Assembly (NCBI GenBank): GCA_011065125.1
Contig: JAAKFI010000004.1
Span: 1-58,236 of the forward strand
DNA: 58,236 nucleotides
DNA from: Candidatus Anoxychlamydiales bacterium
GTDB lineage: Bacteria; Chlamydiota; Chlamydiia; Chlamydiales; SM23-39
Reading direction: 5' to 3'
Position 1 is the first letter of the stretch; each line of letters starts with the position of its first letter. The notes beneath the pieces were generated by a model. The model ran no database searches. It saw nothing but the letters and a program-made list of their open reading frames with translations, and was not told where the DNA came from. Below, piece by piece: positions 29,135 through 39,247 of the stretch. The position numbers and the translations under genes were made by a program.

Positions 29135-30361
29135 CTAATTAAGAGTTTTAACTTTTAGTTTTTTAACTCCTAAAAGAGATATCTCAATTATAGAAAACTC
29201 AAAACCTTCAAAATGAATAACTTCACCTTCAGAAGGGGGATGCACAATGATATAAGATATTAAATCTGATAAGGTTTTAGCTTTTTTGTAATGTAGATAG
29301 ACATTGAACACCTTATTAAACTCTATAAGAGTCATATCACCATTTAATGTCATTTCTATAAATACCTTTGATGCTTGAGATTTTTTTTCTTGGTATTTTG
29401 GATATTGTCCAAAAATTTCATCTATTATTTGATCTAATGTAATAAAACCAATAGATGCTCCTTTAGAATTTAATACAACTGCTATAGTTTGATTGTTTGT
29501 TCTAAATTGCTTTAATATGTCAACAACTTTTGTGTTTTCTAAAACAAACCAAGGGGGTTTAGAATAATTTATTACTTTTTCTTTTTCTTGGATATTTAAA
29601 AGATTTTTAGGATAAGCAATTGCTACAATATTATTTTTATTTTTATGGTATATTGGAATGTATGATACATAGTTAATAGATAAACTAGACATTAAGGTAG
29701 TGAAATTTGAATTAGAATCTATCATTTTTATAGAATCTATTGGTAATAATATATTTTTCGCTATTTTATCTTTAAGAGTAAATATTTTTGAAACTATATC
29801 ATTTATAGATTCTTTTTCAAAAGATGTGCCTTTTTTAGATGGTTCTTCAAATGCTTTTTGAAGTTCTTCTTTTGTTAAAAAAAATGTTGTTTCGGATTTT
29901 CCAAAAAATAAATTAGATATTTTAGATACTTTATCAACTATCCAAATAAATGGTGTTAAAATTTTAGAAATTAAATATACAATTGGAACAAATAATAAAG
30001 CTATGTGCTCTGGATGGCGTCTTGCTGCAAATAAAGGAGCAAGTTCTCCAAATATTAATACAATTATTATTTGTGATAACGGAGCAAAATCAGGACTTAA
30101 ATTTATAGATTCATAAAATCTTCTAGCAGCTTCTGATCCTATTTGCATTACAGTATTTACAGCTATTAATGTAGTTCCAAATAAAAAAGATGGTTTATTT
30201 AATAATTTTTGTGTCCAAATAGCTCTTTTATTATTTTTAGATACAAAATATTGAAGTCTAACTTTATTTATAGATACACAGGCCATTTCAAACATAGAAA
30301 AAAAACTTTCTAAAAACACACATATAAGTGCAAGAAATAAAAAGAATATAGTTGAATTCAT
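29135..30361 (-). CDS. HlyC/CorC (CNNM/TlyC) family transporter: DUF21 + CBS pair + CorC_HlyC
   Basis: N-terminal 4-TM DUF21 (FGELAPL), a central CBS pair, and a C-terminal transporter-associated domain. It is tandem with its paralog, as in the Chlamydia tlyC pair. Confidence 0.8.
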   Translation of the reverse strand: MNSTIFFLFLALICVFLESFFSMFEMACVSINKVRLQYFVSKNNKRAIWTQKLLNKPSFLFGTTLIAVNTVMQIGSEAARRFYESINLSPDFAPLSQIIIVLIFGELAPLFAARRHPEHIALLFVPIVYLISKILTPFIWIVDKVSKISNLFFGKSETTFFLTKEELQKAFEEPSKKGTSFEKESINDIVSKIFTLKDKIAKNILLPIDSIKMIDSNSNFTTLMSSLSINYVSYIPIYHKNKNNIVAIAYPKNLLNIQEKEKVINYSKPPWFVLENTKVVDILKQFRTNNQTIAVVLNSKGASIGFITLDQIIDEIFGQYPKYQEKKSQASKVFIEMTLNGDMTLIEFNKVFNVYLHYKKAKTLSDLISYIIVHPPSEGEVIHFEGFEFSIIEISLLGVKKLKVKTLN

Positions 30362-31605
30362 TTTTTTCCTTTTTTGAGTTTTCTAATATAGACTCTTCTT
30401 ACTTTGTTCGGTTCAGATGATAATATATAAAATAATAGTCCATCTTTCTTAAGTTTTTCTCCTGATTGAGGGATATCACCTAATTCATCTATTAAAAAAC
30501 CACCAACAGTTAATGCTTTTGTTTTTCTATCTATTTTTACATTAAATAGATTTTCTAAATCATCCATTTCCATTTTTCCACTTGCAATAATTACATTTTT
30601 AGATTGATGTGTATAAAAAGTCTGTTCATCTTTTTTGTCAGTAATTTCACCAATTACAGATTCAATTAAATCTTCTTGTGTAATAAGTCCTGCTATAGAT
30701 CCATATTCATCTACTACGATTGCCATATCCTCTCTTTTATCTCTTAAATTAATTAATAGTTTCCATGATCTTGTCGTTTCTGGAATATATGTTGGTTTTT
30801 TTAGATATTTTTTTAAATCTTGAGTTTTATGAATATGATTTTTATAAAAAAAGAATCTTTTTAAAGATATTATTCCAATAATATTATCTAAATCATTATT
30901 GCATACAGGAACTCTAGACACCTCTTTTTCTGAAAATATTTTGAATAATTTTTCGATAGGTTCATTTATATTAAAATAAAGCACTTCATCTTTCGGACTC
31001 ATATATTCCCTTACAATGGAATCTTGAAGATCTAAATATCCTCCTATTAATTGAACTTCATCTTTATTTAAAATATCTTTATCTTTAGATTTTTCTAAAA
31101 CATGCTGCAGCTCATCAATTGATAAAGGTTTTTCCTTTTTTAAAAAAAAGAACATAAGTCTAGATATATAATTCGTGATTTTAGCAAGTATTATTCTAAT
31201 TGGGGTTACTACTATTTTAGAAATTCTTAAAAAAGGAGCTACTTTATATGCAATAAATTTATTGTTTGGAAATGCTATTGATTTAGGGATAACCTCCCCT
31301 AAAAACAAAGTTAAAACCAATGGAATTCCTACTTTTAAAAACCAGCTTGTAAAATTTCCAAATAATGAAGAAACTGTATTTTGAATTAAAATATTTGAAA
31401 TAATATTTAACATCATAATAGTTACTAAAAGATCTCTTGGAGAATTTAATAGATTAGCAATCATTCTTTTTCGAGGATTGATATCATGAGCATATGAATT
31501 TATTGTATAAGTGGTTAATGAAAAAAACGAAGTTTCAGATGCTGATAAAATGGCTGAAAGCGATAAAAAACCAATTAGTAAAACTATTAATAAAATTAAA
31601 CTCAT
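30358..31605 (-). CDS. HlyC/CorC (CNNM/TlyC) family transporter, second paralog
   Basis: SASETSFFSL, GEVIPKS, CBS pair (VDEYGSIAGLITQEDL), and a CorC_HlyC tail. 4-nt overlap with the downstream paralog. Confidence 0.85.
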   Translation of the reverse strand: MSLILLIVLLIGFLSLSAILSASETSFFSLTTYTINSYAHDINPRKRMIANLLNSPRDLLVTIMMLNIISNILIQNTVSSLFGNFTSWFLKVGIPLVLTLFLGEVIPKSIAFPNNKFIAYKVAPFLRISKIVVTPIRIILAKITNYISRLMFFFLKKEKPLSIDELQHVLEKSKDKDILNKDEVQLIGGYLDLQDSIVREYMSPKDEVLYFNINEPIEKLFKIFSEKEVSRVPVCNNDLDNIIGIISLKRFFFYKNHIHKTQDLKKYLKKPTYIPETTRSWKLLINLRDKREDMAIVVDEYGSIAGLITQEDLIESVIGEITDKKDEQTFYTHQSKNVIIASGKMEMDDLENLFNVKIDRKTKALTVGGFLIDELGDIPQSGEKLKKDGLLFYILSSEPNKVRRVYIRKLKKGKK

Positions 31606-31609
31606 AAAA

Positions 31610-31942
31610 TTATTTATCTGTAAAATGAACTTTTAATTGATCTTCAGGAACAACTCCAAGCTCTCTCATTAAAACTTGCTCAACCCACTGCGGATCACTT
31701 TGAGAATTTATTCTTTGTTCTAAATCTTTACTTTCATATGAAAGTTCATCTTTTTGTTTTTCTAAAAGAGTATATCTGCTTTTCATTTCAAAAATATCTT
31801 TATTTCTTTTTTTTATTCCATTTTCATATCCAATGTAACAAATTAAAGCAAAAAGAAATACCCACCATGATTTAATAAAAAAAAAATCAATAAATTTATC
31901 AAAGATAGTCATCTTATTTTTTTTTGTTCTAATATTTGCCAT
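31610..31942 (-). CDS. Septum formation initiator family protein (FtsB/DivIC-like)
   Basis: 110 aa with a single TM helix, a coiled coil, and a C-terminal DPQWVEQVLMRELGVVPEDQ motif typical of FtsB/DivIC. Confidence 0.6.
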   Translation of the reverse strand: MANIRTKKNKMTIFDKFIDFFFIKSWWVFLFALICYIGYENGIKKRNKDIFEMKSRYTLLEKQKDELSYESKDLEQRINSQSDPQWVEQVLMRELGVVPEDQLKVHFTDK

Positions 31943-31997
31943 ATAATAAGTTATTCCTTTATGTTTTCAATGTTTCATTATTAAAAAAAAAATTCAA

Positions 31998-32561
31998 TCA
32001 AATTCTTGGAATTACAATTCCTCTTTGTTTCATATATTTCCCTTTTCTATCTGCGTAAGAAATCAAACAAGTCTCTTTTGCTTCAAAAAATAATACTTGA
32101 GCAAGCCCTTCATTTGCATAAATTTTAGCAGGAAGTGGTGTTGTGTTTGAAATTTCAAGTGTTACATAGCCTTCCCATTCAGGTTCAAATGGTGTTACAT
32201 TTACAATAATCCCACATCTTGCATATGTTGATTTACCAATACATATTGTAATTAAGTTTCTTGGAATTCTAAAGTATTCGATACTTCTAGCTAATGCAAA
32301 AGAATTTGGTGGAATTATACAAGTTGGAGCTTTTATATTTACAAAAGAATCCTCAGAAAAGTTTTTAGGATCAATAATACTATTATAAACATTTGTAAAA
32401 ACTTTAAATTCGTCCGCAACTCTTAAATCATAACCATAACTAGAAAGGCCATAACTTACTAATTTTTTATCTTCTGAATATTTGATTTGGGTTTTTACAA
32501 AAGGTTCAATCATTCCTTTATTTGCTAATTTTTCTATTAAATGATCTGGAAGCATTGCCAT
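31998..32561 (-). CDS. dcd: dCTP deaminase
   Basis: 187 aa. [17 protein letters not shown] and EISNTTPLP motifs. Confidence 0.9.
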   Translation of the reverse strand: MAMLPDHLIEKLANKGMIEPFVKTQIKYSEDKKLVSYGLSSYGYDLRVADEFKVFTNVYNSIIDPKNFSEDSFVNIKAPTCIIPPNSFALARSIEYFRIPRNLITICIGKSTYARCGIIVNVTPFEPEWEGYVTLEISNTTPLPAKIYANEGLAQVLFFEAKETCLISYADRKGKYMKQRGIVIPRI

Positions 32562-32672
32562 AATTTTATCCTTGTTTTTAAATTTCTTACTAAATAGATA
32601 TAGCTTTTGAAATACTTTTCTTGCTAGAATTTGTATAAAAAAGTTATATTTTTTTTTAAGAGGTTTTAAAAA

Positions 32673-33665
32673 ATGGACAGTAATTTTATCAAATCTACCC
32701 TTTCAGAAAATGATTCATCTTTTCTTTCTCCTTTGCGTCCAAATAATTTAGATGATTTTATTGGTCAAAAAATTATTAAAGAAAGACTTAAAATATTTAT
32801 TGGTGCTGCAAAAAAAAGAAATGAAAGTTTAGGCCATATTATATTTAGTGGACCGCCAGGTCTTGGAAAAACAACACTTGCTAATATAATAGCAAAAACA
32901 ATGGGCTCTAATTTAGTTGTAAGCTCAGGGCCTGTAATAGAAAAACCAGGTGATTTAGCAGGGATTTTAACTTCTCTAAAAGAAAAAGATGTTTTATTTA
33001 TAGATGAAATTCATAGATTAAATATTTCTGTTGAAGAATATTTATATTCAGCTATGGAAGATTTTCAATTAGATATATTAATAGATAGTGGACCTAATGC
33101 TAGAAGTGTTTCTGTTAAATTAAATCCTTTTACTTTAATTGGAGCAACTACTAGATCAGGATTACTTTCAGCTCCTATGAGATCTAGGTTTCAATTTAAT
33201 GCAAGACTTGATTATTATGATGCAAGTACATTAAAAGATATAATTTTAAGATCTTCTAAAATATTAGGTGTTTCTTTAGAAGAAAAAGAGGCGTTTCAAA
33301 TTGCAAAAAGAGCAAGAGGAACCCCTAGAGTTGCTAATAATTTAATTAAATGGATTAGAGATTTTGCACAAATGCAAAACTTTAACAAAATAGATTCAAA
33401 AACTGTATTTGATGCTTTAAAACTTTTGTCAATTGATGATGAAGGATTAGATGAAATGGATAAAAAAATACTAACGACAATATCAAAACATTTCAATGGA
33501 GGACCTGTTGGAATCAATACAATCGGCATTTCAATTGGTGAAGATGCAAATACTTTATGCGAAGTTTATGAACCTTACTTAATTATGAAAGGTTTTTTAG
33601 AAAGAACCCCTAGAGGTAGAAAAATTACAAAGCTAGGTTTAGAGCATATAAAAAAAATTATTTAA
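32673..33665 (+). CDS. ruvB: Holliday junction branch migration helicase RuvB
   Basis: [49 protein letters not shown] and [10 protein letters not shown] motifs. Confidence 0.95.
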   Translation: MDSNFIKSTLSENDSSFLSPLRPNNLDDFIGQKIIKERLKIFIGAAKKRNESLGHIIFSGPPGLGKTTLANIIAKTMGSNLVVSSGPVIEKPGDLAGILTSLKEKDVLFIDEIHRLNISVEEYLYSAMEDFQLDILIDSGPNARSVSVKLNPFTLIGATTRSGLLSAPMRSRFQFNARLDYYDASTLKDIILRSSKILGVSLEEKEAFQIAKRARGTPRVANNLIKWIRDFAQMQNFNKIDSKTVFDALKLLSIDDEGLDEMDKKILTTISKHFNGGPVGINTIGISIGEDANTLCEVYEPYLIMKGFLERTPRGRKITKLGLEHIKKII

Positions 33666-33688
33666 ATAAAAAATAGTGGAGAACACTT

Positions 33689-34873
33689 ATGAAATTTATT
33701 AGATTAATTATAACAGTAGTTGCTTTTTTAATAACTACTAATTCTTTTGCAAAAGAGATGTATGAAGTGCAACCTGATGCTCCTTCTAACATACAAGTTC
33801 TTCTTGCAAAAAATGTAACTGAGGCTCTTTTGGAAGCAAAAGGCGCATATGTTATCATAGATCCTTCAACTGGACATAAAGTAACATCTTCTCTTTTAAG
33901 TAAAAGATTTTTAGTAAGAGCTGGCAATGCTGGAATTAAATGGGGTGAAGAATATCCTGGAATTCATCAAATTTATGTTATGCCAAAAGATAAAAATTCA
34001 TCACTTTTATTAAATGGAATAGAATATAATGGTGGTATTGCTATATTTCAAATAAAAGAAAAAATCAATGTTATAAATGATGTTGATATTGAATCTTTTT
34101 TAAAATCAACACTATCCCCTCAATTTCCATATCCATTAGAAAATGAAGTAATGGCATCTATTGCAATTGCAGCTAGAACAACAGCATATTTACATGTTAA
34201 AAAAAATCAAGATGCTTTTTGGCATATTGCATATGATGATGCAGGGTATTATGGTAGTGCTATAGTTCAACCTGAATCACATGTATCCTCTGCAATTGAT
34301 AAAACAAAAAATCTTATATTAGTACACACAAAAGAAGGTCAAAATAGACCCTTTGCAGCATATTGGACAGAAAATAGCGCTGGAAAAACTATATCTTTCC
34401 AAAACTTTTATAGAAAAGATTGGTGGTCTCCAGATATTGGTGTAATAGCTAAACATGCAGAGCTTATCAGAAATGAATCTAAATGGAATTATACAGTTTC
34501 TAAAAAAGAATTAGCTCAAAAATTAGATATGTCAAATATTTCAGAAATAAATCTGTATACAGATTCTTTTTCAAATAAAACTTATGCTTTAAAAATTAAA
34601 GATAAAGAAATATCTAAAGATTTAGATTTTATTTCTTTTCAAAATATTTTAGGAAAAGATTTGATTAAGAGTTCTGATATTAGAGTTTTAGTTAAACAAA
34701 ATGAAGTTGTTTTTTCAGGCTTTGGAAAAGGACATGGTGTTGGTATTTGCATTCATTCAGCTACTCAAATGGCTCAAAATGGAGATAATGCAGCAAAAAT
34801 ACTATCGAAGTTTTTCCCTGAAACATATATATTAAATATTTCAACTACTTCAAATAAAAAAGTTGTAAAGTAA
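33689..34873 (+). CDS. SpoIID/LytB-domain protein (lytic transglycosylase-like)
   Basis: Signal peptide, then SIAIAARTTAY, YWTENSAG and GFGKGHGVGICIHSATQMAQNG motifs of the SpoIID family. Confidence 0.8.
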   Translation: MKFIRLIITVVAFLITTNSFAKEMYEVQPDAPSNIQVLLAKNVTEALLEAKGAYVIIDPSTGHKVTSSLLSKRFLVRAGNAGIKWGEEYPGIHQIYVMPKDKNSSLLLNGIEYNGGIAIFQIKEKINVINDVDIESFLKSTLSPQFPYPLENEVMASIAIAARTTAYLHVKKNQDAFWHIAYDDAGYYGSAIVQPESHVSSAIDKTKNLILVHTKEGQNRPFAAYWTENSAGKTISFQNFYRKDWWSPDIGVIAKHAELIRNESKWNYTVSKKELAQKLDMSNISEINLYTDSFSNKTYALKIKDKEISKDLDFISFQNILGKDLIKSSDIRVLVKQNEVVFSGFGKGHGVGICIHSATQMAQNGDNAAKILSKFFPETYILNISTTSNKKVVK

Positions 34874-34923
34874 AATAATTTACAAAATATTGAAATAGAT
34901 GGTAAAATAACTAATAATTTTAA

Positions 34924-35018
34924 CCGGGGACCTTTTAGAGTAATAAACTTCGAACCAGGTCAGGATCGGAAGATAGCAGCCTTAAGAAATATTTATTATG
35001 CTAAAAGATCATCTCCGG
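34924..35018 (+). ncRNA. ffs: Signal recognition particle RNA (4.5S-type, small bacterial SRP RNA)
   Basis: Conserved domain IV sequence CCAGGTCAGGATCGGAAGATAGCAGCC on the + strand. The terminal helix pairs CCGGGGA (34924-34930) with TCTCCGG (35012-35018). This is a GC-rich island in an AT-rich intergenic region. Confidence 0.8.
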
Positions 35019-35250
35019 TATTTCTAATTAAAATTTTAATTACAATAATTGTTTCCTTATTTTTTAAAAAAACATCAACTATTCTATTTACTTTATATTA
35101 ATAAATTTTTATTATACTTTTTCTATATTTATTTATTATTAAACATTTTATTTAGAACTACTTAAAACATATTTTTCTTTATTATTAACTAATTAAAATG
35201 TATAATATTAATTATAACTTATATTTAATAAAAGTAATTGTAGTGAAACT

Positions 35251-37536
35251 ATGACTTCAATAATTAATAATTTAATAAAAGCTAGAGATTATGGCATCAG
35301 CTCTACTAAAGTATTATTTAAGATTGGAAAACAATCACTTGAAACTGCATATAAAAACATTTCTTCCCATCCTGAAAAACATCCTGTACATGTAAATGAA
35401 GATAAAAAAACTTTAGATCAATATACAATCGATATAAAAAAACATACTGATATTTTAGTTAGAAAGACTTACTACGTAGCAATGATCCAATCTATGTATT
35501 TTGCTCAAAATTGGTTTTCAATTAGTTTTAGAAAAGCTAGTTTTGTAAGTTTTGAACAAGTAGTCAATATAATTGAAGAACTTGAAAAATCAAGAGATAT
35601 ATCTTTTAGTAGCTTTTATCGTTTAATGGAAAAACATATTCCAAAAGAACAAAGAAATTTTCTTGTACAATTCTTTTATAATATACATGACATCTTTTTT
35701 AGCGCTGCTATATTTTATTATTTAAGATGGAAAGACACCGAGAATCAATTAGATATAGTTATAAATAATTTAGTAGATTATGTTAAATCTTTGGCTGATG
35801 ATAAAAATAAATCCATTGAGATCACTGCTGTAACATTTAAACAACTAACTAAATTTTTAGCTTTATACAATCAACTAATAGAAGAGTTTAACAATCAATT
35901 AAAATCTGATGGAAGAATAGATAAGCTATCTGAAAAAGACTACTTAGAAGAAAGAAATAAATTTATATTAAATTATTTTAAAAATAATCAATATTTAGAT
36001 GGCAGAACAGAATCTGAAGTATATTCTCTATTTTCAGAAGTTATAACTAATAAATTCATAAAAGAGTTTAGTATTTTTAAATCAAAATATTTGGGTAACA
36101 AATTTATTAAAAACATTATATTAGATAATATGATGCAATGTGGAATTGAAAACACTATCGAATCTCTATCTAATCCAGTATTTATGAACAGTATATATCA
36201 GCTTACAAGTGAATTGATTACAGATACAATAACTGATATGAAAAAAGACCCTAAAGAAAAGAGTTTCTCAAGCGAATTAAAATCAAAACTCAAAATAAAT
36301 CCTAAGTTCATGAAATATTTTAATGATTTTGGAATGACTTTAGAAAAAACATTAAAATATTCTTCTTGCAGATCTTATGATCAGTTTGACAAAACAACTA
36401 ATTCAAATTATCATCCAATGATAACCGATGATCAAAAAGTTCTAAAAACTGCTAAATCCGAATTAGATAAAAGAAAAGGAAAAGATTATACAAATAATTT
36501 AATAAGTAATGGTATTGGATGGTTAATGGAGCAAACTGGAGAGATTACATTAAATCTAATTGCTTCTGAAAATTTAAATAAATATATAGCTCTTACTATG
36601 GAGCAATTATGCAATGTTTATACGCCATCATTAAAAAATGGAACTAAAGAATATGCAGAACAAATGGAAGGATTTAAAGAGAACGAAGAAAAATTTCATA
36701 GCGATGTAAGTGATGTGTTAGATATTTTATTAACTGAAAATGCTACCCAAAGTCTAGAAAAAGTAACTGGTTTTTTAACCAAATCCGATAAAGAGCAATT
36801 AGAAATTGCATATAAAAAGATTAAATTGTTAAAAGAATCTTTCCTAAAAAAATGTTACTCCATAACTAATAAAGATTTTAAAATTAGTATTACTACTTTA
36901 AAAAGTGAATTAGAAGAATTATTTAAAGAAATTGAAGCTTTAAAACAAAATCAAACAAATCCATTTAAAGTTGAATTTGACTCGCATTTAAAAAATCTTA
37001 GATCTAAAAAAAGTTTAATATTAAAAAAGATAACAAGTTTATTAAATCAATATGAAACTTATCAAAAAATTGATAAAAAAGATGAAAAGAAAAAGAGTGC
37101 AAGTGCTAAAAAATTTGAAAAATCCTTTGAAGCTCTTTCAGTTGAAATTACAAACTTGTCTTTGCTAATTGATACTATAAATAAAACTCCTAGTTTTAAA
37201 AATAGATTTTTTAGCTATTTGAATCCTTTAAATTATTCAACTTTTACAAACAAAGCAAGACTTGGATTTAATGCAGGAACAATCGCTACAGCAGGGGCTT
37301 TAACGTTTTTTGGGTACGTCTCCCCTATCGCATTACTTCTAGCTTCTATAAGTTCCCTTGGAGTTTCTAGTAAAATAAAACACACCTATAAATTAATTAA
37401 TCCTTTCCTTAAAACCTATGGAAAACCTATTCCGATAAAATATGTTAAAGAAAGTCTTGAATTAGCTAAATCACCATCTATTCATCACGGTCTTATACAT
37501 TCATTATTATCTATTGCTGCACAGAAAATTAAATAA
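35251..37536 (+). CDS. Large coiled-coil-rich protein with a C-terminal bilobed hydrophobic domain (Inc-like candidate)
   Basis: 761 aa, Lys/Glu/Asn-rich with heptad-like stretches. The hydrophobic domain GFNAGTIATAGALTFFGYVSPIALLLASISSLGVSS spans res 672-707 (nt 37264-37371). Confidence 0.45.
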   Translation: MTSIINNLIKARDYGISSTKVLFKIGKQSLETAYKNISSHPEKHPVHVNEDKKTLDQYTIDIKKHTDILVRKTYYVAMIQSMYFAQNWFSISFRKASFVSFEQVVNIIEELEKSRDISFSSFYRLMEKHIPKEQRNFLVQFFYNIHDIFFSAAIFYYLRWKDTENQLDIVINNLVDYVKSLADDKNKSIEITAVTFKQLTKFLALYNQLIEEFNNQLKSDGRIDKLSEKDYLEERNKFILNYFKNNQYLDGRTESEVYSLFSEVITNKFIKEFSIFKSKYLGNKFIKNIILDNMMQCGIENTIESLSNPVFMNSIYQLTSELITDTITDMKKDPKEKSFSSELKSKLKINPKFMKYFNDFGMTLEKTLKYSSCRSYDQFDKTTNSNYHPMITDDQKVLKTAKSELDKRKGKDYTNNLISNGIGWLMEQTGEITLNLIASENLNKYIALTMEQLCNVYTPSLKNGTKEYAEQMEGFKENEEKFHSDVSDVLDILLTENATQSLEKVTGFLTKSDKEQLEIAYKKIKLLKESFLKKCYSITNKDFKISITTLKSELEELFKEIEALKQNQTNPFKVEFDSHLKNLRSKKSLILKKITSLLNQYETYQKIDKKDEKKKSASAKKFEKSFEALSVEITNLSLLIDTINKTPSFKNRFFSYLNPLNYSTFTNKARLGFNAGTIATAGALTFFGYVSPIALLLASISSLGVSSKIKHTYKLINPFLKTYGKPIPIKYVKESLELAKSPSIHHGLIHSLLSIAAQKIK

Positions 37537-37650
37537 GATTATTTTTAAAATAACTTATTTATTTCAATAATTAATAAAATTCACTTTAAAAAAAATAGAA
37601 AAAGTATTATACGCCTTATATGCTTTTTTTTACCTACATAATATAATAGT

Positions 37651-39237
37651 ATGAAAAAAATATTTTATTTAATTTTTTGTTTTACTTTTTTTTTAACATC
37701 TTGCGAGAAAAAAATGACTTCTAAAAAAGTTTTAAAAACTGCTTTTCATTCTGATATGTTAAGTATTGATCCTAGAAAAAATGGGGATTATTTTTCATCA
37801 ACTATACAATTCATGGTGTTTAGAGGACTAATGCATGTGAATGAACATAAAGAAATTGCTCCTGCTTTAGCAAAATCATATAGATTATCAAAAGATAAAA
37901 AAACATATACCTTTCATTTAAGAGATGATATTTTTTGGTCTGATGGAACTAAAATAACAGCTTTGGACTTTGAAAAGAGTTTAAAAAAAATACTCTCTCC
38001 TGGCTTCCCATCTTTAACAGCTCAATTACTATATCCTATCAAAAATGCAGAAAAAATAGCTAAAAAAGAACTTACAGCCGATCATTTAGATGTAAAAGCT
38101 TTAGATGAAAAAACTCTTCAAATTAATTTAGAAAATCCAACTCCATATTTTTTATTTTTAACATCTTTTTGTACTTATTTCCCAATACCTTCTCACATAG
38201 AAGAAGAAAATCCAAAATGGCTAGAAGATCCTATTAAATATGTTAAATATTCAGGACCTTTTAAATTAAAAAAATGGAAAAGAGGATCTGAAATCATCCT
38301 TGTTAAAAATGATAAATTTTATGATGCGGATAAGATAGAAATTGATGAAGTTCATATTAGTATTGTAGGAAACGAAATTACAGCCCTTAATATGTACGAA
38401 AAAAATGAAATAGATTTTTTGAGTTCTTTTTTATCTCCTCTTCCAGTTGATTTTTTAGGCACTGTAAAAAAAAGAAATGATTATGATCTATTTGAAATAG
38501 GTGGAAGCTCTTTTTGCGTTTTTAACATAGATAAATATCCTTTCAATAATCAGAATTTAAGAAAAGCATTTTTGCTCTCAATTGATAGAAAATCAATTAC
38601 ACAAAATATAACTCAATTAAATGAAAAAATTGCAACTAGATGTGTACCTCCTCTTTTAACAAGCAATAAAGAGTTATCTTTTTATAAAGACTTTGATATT
38701 GAAAAAGCTAAATTTCATTTTGAAAAAGCTTTAAAAGAATTAAATATAGACAAGAAAGATCTAGATTTAACTTTCACATATGGATCTTATATTATTCATC
38801 GAAAAGAAGCTGAAGCTTTAAAAAGCATGTGGGAAAAATCACTTGGTATTCAAGTTAAATTAATGATGTTTGATGAAGCGTCTTATTTAGCAAAATTACA
38901 TAGACACGATTTTCAAATGGCCCTTAGTAGATTCTTGGTTCATTATAATGATCCTATGAATGTTCTTGAGAGATTTAAATATAAAAAACATCCAAAAAAT
39001 TATGCTAATTTTGAGGATAATACTTTTATTAATATGTTAGACACTGCTAATAAAACTATTAATGAAAATGAAAGAATAAAAATTTTAGAGGATGCTGAAA
39101 GATATTTCATTGACAAAGCTGTTTTAGCACCTATTTATCACTATAATTACGCTATTTTTTCAAAAAATAATGTTAAAGGTATATATGTCGGTCCTATAGG
39201 AGATATTTATATAGAGAATGCCAAAATAATAAAGTAA
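37651..39237 (+). CDS. oppA: Oligopeptide ABC transporter substrate-binding lipoprotein (SBP family 5)
   Basis: Lipobox FFLTSC. DPRK..D, F.LR.D..WSDG, and family-5 SBP length and architecture. Confidence 0.85.
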   Translation: MKKIFYLIFCFTFFLTSCEKKMTSKKVLKTAFHSDMLSIDPRKNGDYFSSTIQFMVFRGLMHVNEHKEIAPALAKSYRLSKDKKTYTFHLRDDIFWSDGTKITALDFEKSLKKILSPGFPSLTAQLLYPIKNAEKIAKKELTADHLDVKALDEKTLQINLENPTPYFLFLTSFCTYFPIPSHIEEENPKWLEDPIKYVKYSGPFKLKKWKRGSEIILVKNDKFYDADKIEIDEVHISIVGNEITALNMYEKNEIDFLSSFLSPLPVDFLGTVKKRNDYDLFEIGGSSFCVFNIDKYPFNNQNLRKAFLLSIDRKSITQNITQLNEKIATRCVPPLLTSNKELSFYKDFDIEKAKFHFEKALKELNIDKKDLDLTFTYGSYIIHRKEAEALKSMWEKSLGIQVKLMMFDEASYLAKLHRHDFQMALSRFLVHYNDPMNVLERFKYKKHPKNYANFEDNTFINMLDTANKTINENERIKILEDAERYFIDKAVLAPIYHYNYAIFSKNNVKGIYVGPIGDIYIENAKIIK

Positions 39238-39247
39238 TAAGGATTGT

